Origin: Thermoflexus hugenholtzii JAD2
GTDB lineage: Bacteria > Chloroflexota > UBA11872 > UBA12225
Direction of reading: 5' to 3'
Length of the DNA: 64,000 nucleotides
Assembly (NCBI GenBank): GCA_945907765.1
Contig: CAMDTO010000002.1
Span: 3,455-67,454, forward strand
The position numbers and the translations under genes are program-made. Positions 57,465 through 64,000 of this stretch are shown piece by piece. Within the stretch, counting starts at the first letter, position 1; every line of letters begins with the position of its first letter. The notes under the pieces are model-generated. The model was given only the letters and a program-made list of their open reading frames with translations, was not told where the DNA came from and searched no databases.

Positions 57465-58937
57465 TTACACAATTGCGAGCGCGCGACCGATCACCTGCCG
57501 TGATGATCGCGCACGCAGTTCGGCCCCGGCCGCTTCAAGGAGTGCGTTCACGACATCCGGAATCGTGCGCACCGGAATCACCGTTGCCAACGTGGAGGCC
57601 CGCAACTCCGCCAGCGTGGTCCCATCCAGGAAGGCATGCCCGGCATCATCAAGAGCGACCCGCGGAATGAAATACAGGTCTCCTGCACCGACCCCTGCCG
57701 TGACTGCCGCCGACACCAGATCACGGCCTCCAAGCAATCCCGAAACTGTCACCACCGGCCCGAACAGCGAGTTCGTGATCACCTCGGTGCGCATCGCAAG
57801 GTTCGGCACCCCGGACATCTCTGTCGCAATCTGGTGCAACGTCGGTCCAATCAGGGTGGCGCACGCCAGTACTCCCGAAACCGGTCTAGGCAAGCCTTCG
57901 GCCAATGTGGTCCGACGCAGGCGTCGCCAGTCATCAAGGAGGGCCCGGACCATCCCGATGCCATTCTCGTACTGGACATACCCGTCGTACTTGACTGAAC
58001 CGGGCACCGGCTTCCCTGCAAGCAGATACACCTCATCCGACAGGAACAGCCACGTGTGGTTCCGCTCCTTCTCGAACTTCCGTTGCAGGGGTCTCGCCCA
58101 CGCGATCAGCCTCTTCGCCTCATCCGCGGTGATCAGCCTGAGCATGGGAGCCGATGCGGTTCGCTGCTCAAGGCCCTGGCGGTGCACCGGGTCAAGGTCC
58201 GGACGGGCCAACTGTTCGTCGAGGCGCCGCCGGAGCCCATCCTGCCGATCAAAACGCTGTTGCGTCAATCCGACAGGGACAACAGCCAGCGACAAGACAT
58301 TCGGCCACCGCGACGCCAGGTCAGCGACGGTCTTTTCCAAGTGGACGCCATCGTTCCACTCCGGTGTCAGAACGACCTGTGTGTGGACCTTGATCCCCCA
58401 ACTTGCCAGACGGTCCAACTGTTCCAGGATGTCTGGCGAAGTCGGGTTCCCAAGCAATCGACGGCGCACTTCAAGATCAGTGGCGTGGACCGAAACGTAG
58501 AGGGGCGAAAGATGCTGGTCATGGATCTTCCGCCAGTCTTCATCAGAAAGGTTCGTGAGGGTGACGAAGTTTGCCGCGAGGAACGAATAGCGGAAGTCAT
58601 CATCCTTCAGGTAGATGGCGCGCCGCATCTTCGCTGGAGACTGGTCTACAAAGCAGAATACGCACCGGTTGTTGCAGATCCTGATCCCGTCCTCGGTGGG
58701 GTCAACGAACTCAAGACCTAGTCCGTCCCCGGTCTCCAGACCCGCAGCGAGGCGCGACTGCCCAGGCGTCGCGGCCGGTTCCCACTGGATCGAAACCTCA
58801 TCGGCAGACGCGAAGACATGCACGTCGATCACATCATGGACGGCCTGACCGTCAATTGCGATCAAGCGATCGCCCGGCCGGATCCCGTGTGCCTCGGCAT
58901 CACTGCCGATTGCGACTGCTTTTACCGTAAGCATCAA
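57465..58937 (-). CDS. PDZ plus DUF512 protein (radical-SAM-like Cys motif)
   Basis: N-terminal PDZ (GIRPGDRLIAIDG), CNNRCVFCFVDQ, and a long DUF512-type C-terminus. Typical position upstream of der. Confidence 0.8.
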   Translation of the reverse strand: MMLTVKAVAIGSDAEAHGIRPGDRLIAIDGQAVHDVIDVHVFASADEVSIQWEPAATPGQSRLAAGLETGDGLGLEFVDPTEDGIRICNNRCVFCFVDQSPAKMRRAIYLKDDDFRYSFLAANFVTLTNLSDEDWRKIHDQHLSPLYVSVHATDLEVRRRLLGNPTSPDILEQLDRLASWGIKVHTQVVLTPEWNDGVHLEKTVADLASRWPNVLSLAVVPVGLTQQRFDRQDGLRRRLDEQLARPDLDPVHRQGLEQRTASAPMLRLITADEAKRLIAWARPLQRKFEKERNHTWLFLSDEVYLLAGKPVPGSVKYDGYVQYENGIGMVRALLDDWRRLRRTTLAEGLPRPVSGVLACATLIGPTLHQIATEMSGVPNLAMRTEVITNSLFGPVVTVSGLLGGRDLVSAAVTAGVGAGDLYFIPRVALDDAGHAFLDGTTLAELRASTLATVIPVRTIPDVVNALLEAAGAELRARSSRQVIGRALAIV

Positions 58938-59039
58938 AAAACAAGTCTATCAGGTAGCCCCAGCGTTGATGGGACGCCCTACGCCTACCCCCATCTGGAA
59001 ACCTGCCCCAAACGTCGCCACCCGACCGACCGGATCACT

Positions 59040-60371
59040 TCACCGGAACCTGAGTGCGACAACCGACAATCCCGCCAGCACAAGCGCAGGCCGGATGAAT
59101 ATTGGCCCTGATGGATCGACGAACTCGACCACTACTGCGACAGTTGCCAGCACAATGCCGGCAAGCAAGACGGCACCAACTCGCATTGACCTCGCACGGA
59201 ACGCCATCACCGCCATGGCGACGATCAATGATGGAAACATCGCGCGTGGCGTGGACGCGGACACAACCGCCGTGGCAATAACGGCTAATGCGACTGCCAC
59301 CTCAACCGCCATCCGACGCAACACCGGGTACAGGCACCAGCCAACGGCGAAGACCACACCAACCCAGATTGCCATGACAGACACGAACGTTCCCTCAGCG
59401 AGCATCCCTTTCGGAATGACGGACCCACTCTCATGGGGAAAGAACGTCGCAACCAGCGAGATCAGGGTGATGTTCGATGGGTCCGGCGCGAAGACCACAT
59501 CACCAGCCAAACGGAAGAGTGGCGGCGCCCCGGACAGCATCGCGACACCCCACCCCGCGATCCCGAAAAGACCGAGCGCACCGCGTCGAACGTCGTCAAT
59601 CTCCGAGGGCACAGGACCCTCCCGAGGCACTCCCTGACCCGGGACCACGATGGTCTCCCCCGAGGGCACCCCACTAGTGTCAATTCCGTGGTCCTCATCC
59701 ATGTCTTCGTCATCGAGACCGACCGGATCACCGGGTCGTCGACCTAAGGCGTACCCGATGGCCGATCCGGACAGCGATGGTGCAAGCAACACGATGATCA
59801 AGATCGCTACCGCTGACAAGCGGTCATGCCCGAGGAACACCCCCCACAGGACCGCACCAACGAGTCCGGCAACCGCCGTGGAAACCCATGACCACGGCAT
59901 CACGACGACCCACACGACACAGCCGAAAGTCGCAACCGAAAGGACGACCGCTACCCACCAGCTGGGATGTGAGGGCGCAAGCAACCCAGAAACACCCACC
60001 CCGTCAACGTCGCGCCCCCCCAGGTCAAGGGCCCGGACCACTGCAATTGCAATGACCCCACCCGCGATGAGAGGCCCGGGTGCCGCGCACCCAACTGAGC
60101 ACGTGCCTGACACCGTGGCCCAAGCGGGGTCACTGACATGAATCGAAGCGAGCAATGGCAGGGCTCCGCACAGGGCCGTGCCGAACCCTAGGGCATCAAT
60201 CCGATCCTGTGAGCTTCGTCGAACGATACCCAAGAGCCCGATCGCGACTGGGATCACGACTGCCAGTCCAATCCAGGTGAGCCCGGGTATCCCATCAAGG
60301 CGTCCAGCGAGCAACGAAGCGACAAGCAAGCCAACCGACGCGATCCCTACCGGCCCGGACAGTCGGATCAA
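59040..60371 (-). CDS. Polytopic membrane protein of unknown function with an acidic soluble loop (first gene downstream of the GT pair)
   Basis: About 12 Gly/Ala/Val-rich TM segments, interrupted by DDEDMDEDHGIDTSGVPSGETIVVPGQGVPREGPVPSEIDD. The TTG start overlaps the upstream stop (TTGA). Confidence 0.6.
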   Translation of the reverse strand: MIRLSGPVGIASVGLLVASLLAGRLDGIPGLTWIGLAVVIPVAIGLLGIVRRSSQDRIDALGFGTALCGALPLLASIHVSDPAWATVSGTCSVGCAAPGPLIAGGVIAIAVVRALDLGGRDVDGVGVSGLLAPSHPSWWVAVVLSVATFGCVVWVVVMPWSWVSTAVAGLVGAVLWGVFLGHDRLSAVAILIIVLLAPSLSGSAIGYALGRRPGDPVGLDDEDMDEDHGIDTSGVPSGETIVVPGQGVPREGPVPSEIDDVRRGALGLFGIAGWGVAMLSGAPPLFRLAGDVVFAPDPSNITLISLVATFFPHESGSVIPKGMLAEGTFVSVMAIWVGVVFAVGWCLYPVLRRMAVEVAVALAVIATAVVSASTPRAMFPSLIVAMAVMAFRARSMRVGAVLLAGIVLATVAVVVEFVDPSGPIFIRPALVLAGLSVVALRFR

Positions 60372-61672
60372 CCTGCTCCCCTTTCTGGGGGGAGGTAGAC
60401 ACCAGGGGAAGAATGGCGTCGGTCATCACCGAGGAGCCTCGCATAGGCATCGATCTGTTGACCGAGCGTGAATGCCGACATTCCCCGCCTTCGACCCGCT
60501 TCACCCATGAGGCGTGCCCGAACCGGATCAAGAAGGATGTCCGCCAAGGCGTCGCCAAACGCATCCGCATCCCATGGGTCTGCGATGAGACCGGTCTTCC
60601 CGTGGACGACAAGTTCAGGCGTGGCTCCGTGGCAGGTTCCGACAACAGGTCGGCCGTGCAGCATCGCACGCAAGGTCATCAGGTTGAAGGGATCGGGGTA
60701 AACTGAAGGAATCGCACAGACGGCCGCCGCCCCATGCGCCTCACGAAGCCCCTCGGGATCAAGCCACCCACCGTCATGCAGCGCACCGGCTAGCAAGCCA
60801 GCCTCATCGGCGATTGCCCGCAATGTGACGAAGTACTCAGGCCGATCACCGAGGACAACGAGTTGGGATGGCACTCGCTTGACGGCGCGAACCATTGCCC
60901 GTGCAAGTTGATCCCCGCCCTTGGCGCCCGACGCTCGACCACCAAAGAGCACGATCGGCCGACTATCCAGGCCAAGTCTTCTCCGGAACATCTCGCCGTC
61001 ACTTGGTCTGGTCTCGCACGTCGATGCGTCAAGCCCGTTGTGGACGACGGTGGTCGGAACATCAGCGAATCCGTTGCACGCCATCGCCCGCGCTTGAGCA
61101 TGACTGATGCACGCCAGCGAAGTCACGTGTCGCTTGACCAGGCCGTGGACCATCAGGTTCCGACCTGGAACCCGTCGCATCGTCGTGCAATGCACGCACT
61201 GGGTCGGGATCGCCGCAAAGCTGACGTCACCGCGAGAACACAGGAACTTCGTAAGGCAGAAGAGCAGGTAGTCGTGGGCGGTGAGGATGACCGGAACCGT
61301 CTGGCTTCCGCCACCACGCGCTACCGCAAGTGAAGCAAATGAAAGGCGTTCGTGGACATTGTGGACATGGACGGCATCGGGACGGAACTCGCGCGCAACC
61401 CGCCACACTCCGGCGACCGCAACCGGATTCAAGATGCTCAGATGGCGCCGTGCGATCGCCGGAACCGGTGTTCGGATCCGTCGGACCCCGACACCGGCGT
61501 TGCCGGGACCACCGATTCCACCAGTCGCCTCCCGGTCCGCACCCCGGCCGGACGTAACCACACAAACCTCATGGCCTCGAGCCGCAAGACCATCAGCAAC
61601 AAGCGAGGCAACCTCTCCTGCCCCACCTCGGTTCACCGGCGGATAGGTATCGGAAAGAACAAGTACCTTCAC
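60368..61672 (-). CDS. Glycosyltransferase family 4 (GT-B)
   Basis: VKVLVLSDTYPPVNRGGAGEV N-terminus and a C-terminal E(x7)E-like region (GTCHGATPELVVHGKTGL). Trimmed to the GTG at 61672; the track ORF extends to 61990 through Arg/Trp-rich junk. Confidence 0.8.
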   Translation of the reverse strand: MKVLVLSDTYPPVNRGGAGEVASLVADGLAARGHEVCVVTSGRGADREATGGIGGPGNAGVGVRRIRTPVPAIARRHLSILNPVAVAGVWRVAREFRPDAVHVHNVHERLSFASLAVARGGGSQTVPVILTAHDYLLFCLTKFLCSRGDVSFAAIPTQCVHCTTMRRVPGRNLMVHGLVKRHVTSLACISHAQARAMACNGFADVPTTVVHNGLDASTCETRPSDGEMFRRRLGLDSRPIVLFGGRASGAKGGDQLARAMVRAVKRVPSQLVVLGDRPEYFVTLRAIADEAGLLAGALHDGGWLDPEGLREAHGAAAVCAIPSVYPDPFNLMTLRAMLHGRPVVGTCHGATPELVVHGKTGLIADPWDADAFGDALADILLDPVRARLMGEAGRRRGMSAFTLGQQIDAYARLLGDDRRHSSPGVYLPPERGAG

Positions 61673-61796
61673 GTGGGCGAACCACTCTGACTCGATGGCC
61701 CACGCCTCCAGCCATTCAGCTTGTCTACACCCGCTGACCCTCCACGGACAGACGGGAGATGGGGCATACGGCTGTCGCAGAAACCCAGCAGCATCG

Positions 61797-62996
61797 TCAC
61801 GCGCCCGAGATCGTCTCGCCGAGGTCGCCAGCGTAGGCCGCGACACAGCGTCTCGCCACCGCCGCCCACGTGAAGTTCGCCGCGATGCGTGCACGACCAG
61901 CACGGCCCATCTCACGCGCCAGCTTCTCGTCCCCCAGAAGCCGTTCCACCGCTTCACCAAGGGCTGCACTATCGCCCGGGGGAACCCCAAGACCAGTCTC
62001 GCCGTCTACAACCAGTTCCATCATCCCTCCGATGCGGGATGCAACGACCGGCGTTTCGCACGCCATTGCCTCGAGAAGGACCAGTCCAAGGATCTCGCTC
62101 TTCGGGTACGTCTTGCCGTACATGTCTGTCTCTACCGACGGCAGAACACTGACTGCCGAAGTGTTATATGTCCGCACAAGATCTTCCCCCATCAAGGGCC
62201 CAAGGAAGGTCACGTTTCGCCCCTGCGACACCACATCAAGATGGGTCCGGTATTCGGCGTGATACGACTCCCCCGCGATCATGACCGCAGTTTCGGGATG
62301 GACCCCCTCGATCAGGTGATGGATCCCCTTGTACGGGATCAACCTTCCGGCATACAGAACCTTTTCCATCCGGGCCAAGCCGGGAAGAGGCCGGAAGCGC
62401 GCCGGATCCGCTCCACCATGGATCACCCTGACTTTCGAGGCCCATTTACGGTATCCACGGGCATTGAAGTGGCTCACAAGGAGAAGACCAGTCGCCCGGT
62501 CCACTGTTCCGAGCCGACGGTTGAAGTTCCGGTCACCTCCGGCATGGTCGGTCAGGAACACCTTCTTGCCGAATAGCCGGGCGATCAAGACACACTGGTC
62601 CGCGAGGAACGTCTCAATCTGGTGCACATGCACCACATCCGCCCAAGCGATCGCCATCGCGAGGTATGGCGAAACCGGTCCCAGGCGTTTGCGCCCTACG
62701 TACGCAAGCGGACGAAAGACCTCTATGCGCAACCCGTCCACATTCCGCGTCAAGGGTTCGCCGAATGAGACCAGGCGCGTCCGCGTCTGCATCGCCATGG
62801 CCCGTGCCAATTCATACGCGTACCGTTCACCGCCGCCGACAATGCCACCTTCGCCAAACATGAGCGGCGACACATGGAGTACCCGGGGACGCGTGGTACG
62901 CACGGGACGGAGCAAATTGATATCCGGGGCGATGGGGCGCCCAAACCGAAGCGCCTTCGAATCTGGCGCTATGGGGTCTCCCGGCTGTCGGATCAT
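61797..62996 (-). CDS. Glycosyltransferase family 4 (GT-B)
   Basis: VLHVSPLMFGEGGIVGGGERYAYELA, and LLEAMACETPVVASRIGGMMELVVDGETGL. The ATG at 62996 overlaps the flippase stop (ATGA). Confidence 0.85.
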   Translation of the reverse strand: MIRQPGDPIAPDSKALRFGRPIAPDINLLRPVRTTRPRVLHVSPLMFGEGGIVGGGERYAYELARAMAMQTRTRLVSFGEPLTRNVDGLRIEVFRPLAYVGRKRLGPVSPYLAMAIAWADVVHVHQIETFLADQCVLIARLFGKKVFLTDHAGGDRNFNRRLGTVDRATGLLLVSHFNARGYRKWASKVRVIHGGADPARFRPLPGLARMEKVLYAGRLIPYKGIHHLIEGVHPETAVMIAGESYHAEYRTHLDVVSQGRNVTFLGPLMGEDLVRTYNTSAVSVLPSVETDMYGKTYPKSEILGLVLLEAMACETPVVASRIGGMMELVVDGETGLGVPPGDSAALGEAVERLLGDEKLAREMGRAGRARIAANFTWAAVARRCVAAYAGDLGETISGA

Positions 62997-64000
62997 CGGC
63001 TCATCCCGTCGCTTTCACTGGCAAGTATCCCCACACCTTCTTTCGGAGCGGTTGGGGATTCGGCGTGCGGATCAAGCGTCTCCGAGAAACTGGGCGAACC
63101 AGTCACCGACTGCCAGAACCACGGTGTGAGGATCAGTCCTAGATAGACTACGTCGCCAGCCACGTAGACCGTCAACTGGTACACGGCTGCACCCATAGCG
63201 CCCCATCCCTGAACCAACCACATGCCCCAAGGCACTGCCACCATGATCAGTGGGACCTTTAGTAGCGCATTCGTCGCGACGCGACCGGCGATCAAGTAGA
63301 CCGCTCCGAGGGCGATGGTCAGCCCCTGCTTTGCCTGCAACGCGCCGTGGACCGCCACCAAGGCAACGGACGGAAGGTACTCGACACCGTATGCGATGCG
63401 GAAGACTGGAAGCGCAACCAGCAGTCCTATCGCGCCAATCGCCGACCCGCCTCCCCACGCAAGCGAACCGCGCCAGAACAGACGCCTGGTCGACGCCGGA
63501 CCGCGTTGCCCCATCTCCTGTGAGAGACGGACTGACAGTGCACGGCTTGCGCCTCCGTGCAGGGACGCCAGCAACGTGAAGACCTTCCCGGCAATCCCGA
63601 AGTACGCCGCTTCCTCGGGACCAGCATAGCGACCCAGAAGGAGCATCGGCGTCTGGCCGAAGAGTTGAGCGATGTTCTTGTCCACCGAAGCAAGCGCACT
63701 GAACCGGAAATACGTCCCCATCGGGACTTTCCAACCAGCGCGCACCAGGCCCGCGAGACCGGGGAACTCATCATGGCGCACTGCAATCCGCCAGTACCAC
63801 CAGACCGCGTGGGCAGCCGAGATTGCACCGCCGACCACCGTGCCCCATAGGACGCCAGCCACACCGCCTCCGGCGATGCCCGCAAGTACAAAGAAGACCG
63901 CGCAGCCTCGGCCAACCAACAGGTCGAAAATCTCGATGACCGCGAGGGTCGACATTCTCCGGCCAGCCTGCAGTGAGGTGATCGCCACGTTGTAGGCCAC
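62993..64000 (-). CDS. Polysaccharide biosynthesis/flippase protein (MOP/Wzx-like), partial (5' end beyond the window)
   Basis: All-helical polytopic C-terminal half with the typical Wzx-like Gly/Ala-rich TM pattern. The ORF is open to the window edge. Confidence 0.7.
   Translation of the reverse strand: MAYNVAITSLQAGRRMSTLAVIEIFDLLVGRGCAVFFVLAGIAGGGVAGVLWGTVVGGAISAAHAVWWYWRIAVRHDEFPGLAGLVRAGWKVPMGTYFRFSALASVDKNIAQLFGQTPMLLLGRYAGPEEAAYFGIAGKVFTLLASLHGGASRALSVRLSQEMGQRGPASTRRLFWRGSLAWGGGSAIGAIGLLVALPVFRIAYGVEYLPSVALVAVHGALQAKQGLTIALGAVYLIAGRVATNALLKVPLIMVAVPWGMWLVQGWGAMGAAVYQLTVYVAGDVVYLGLILTPWFWQSVTGSPSFSETLDPHAESPTAPKEGVGILASESDGMSR

Noticed and set aside
56190-58500. Long plus-strand ORFs (376, 274 and 429 aa) overlapping der and the DUF512 gene.
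   Set aside because: The opposite strand carries clear Der GTPase P-loops and the PDZ/DUF512 protein. The plus-strand products are Arg/Pro/Ser low-complexity sequence.

Overview
This is a G+C-rich bacterial chromosomal segment made up almost entirely of housekeeping genes, and no single obviously novel multi-gene system stands out. All calls come from reading the supplied translations and the DNA by eye. No homology search was run, so family names are motif-level recognitions.

Gene content, left to right:
- The 5' half of a complex I operon on the minus strand (nuoA to nuoI, with nuoI running off the window start).
- An IscS/NifS-like cysteine desulfurase, three small membrane proteins, a large VanW-domain protein and proB.
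- A degraded IS481-family element abutting an orphan GH42-like protein.
- tyrS with a structured terminator-containing leader, then truB-ribF converging on a nusA-ylxR-infB-rbfA operon.
- An orphan sugar-type ABC ATPase, a YesL-like membrane protein and a GHMP kinase.
- rluB-cmk-plsC, then a GerE/LuxR solo next to an unassignable 269-aa protein.
- birA, an orphan family-5 substrate-binding protein and secG, followed by tpiA-pgk-gap.
- An NfeD/stomatin pair, an epimerase and glyA.
- A 1178-aa GNAT-fusion protein translationally coupled to an HDAC-family deacetylase.
- ltaE-plsY-der-DUF512, and the start of a polysaccharide cluster (membrane protein, two GT4 glycosyltransferases, a flippase running off the window end).

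The synteny (DUF512-der-plsY, ylxR next to nusA, secG-tpiA-pgk-gap) and the composition suggest a Chloroflexota/Thermomicrobia-like lineage. That is inference only. I found no rRNA, tRNA or CRISPR array.

The most interesting items:
- The giant GNAT-fusion plus deacetylase pair.
- A perfect 8-bp tandem repeat array just upstream of that pair.
- A Rex-operator-like palindrome in the nuo promoter region.
- A tyrS attenuator-type leader that lacks a recognisable T-box core.
- The frameshifted IS481 copy whose end coincides with the stop codon of the neighbouring gene.
- The unassignable two-domain protein next to the LuxR solo.

Many long ORFs in the supplied track are antisense or out-of-frame artefacts of high G+C and were not called.
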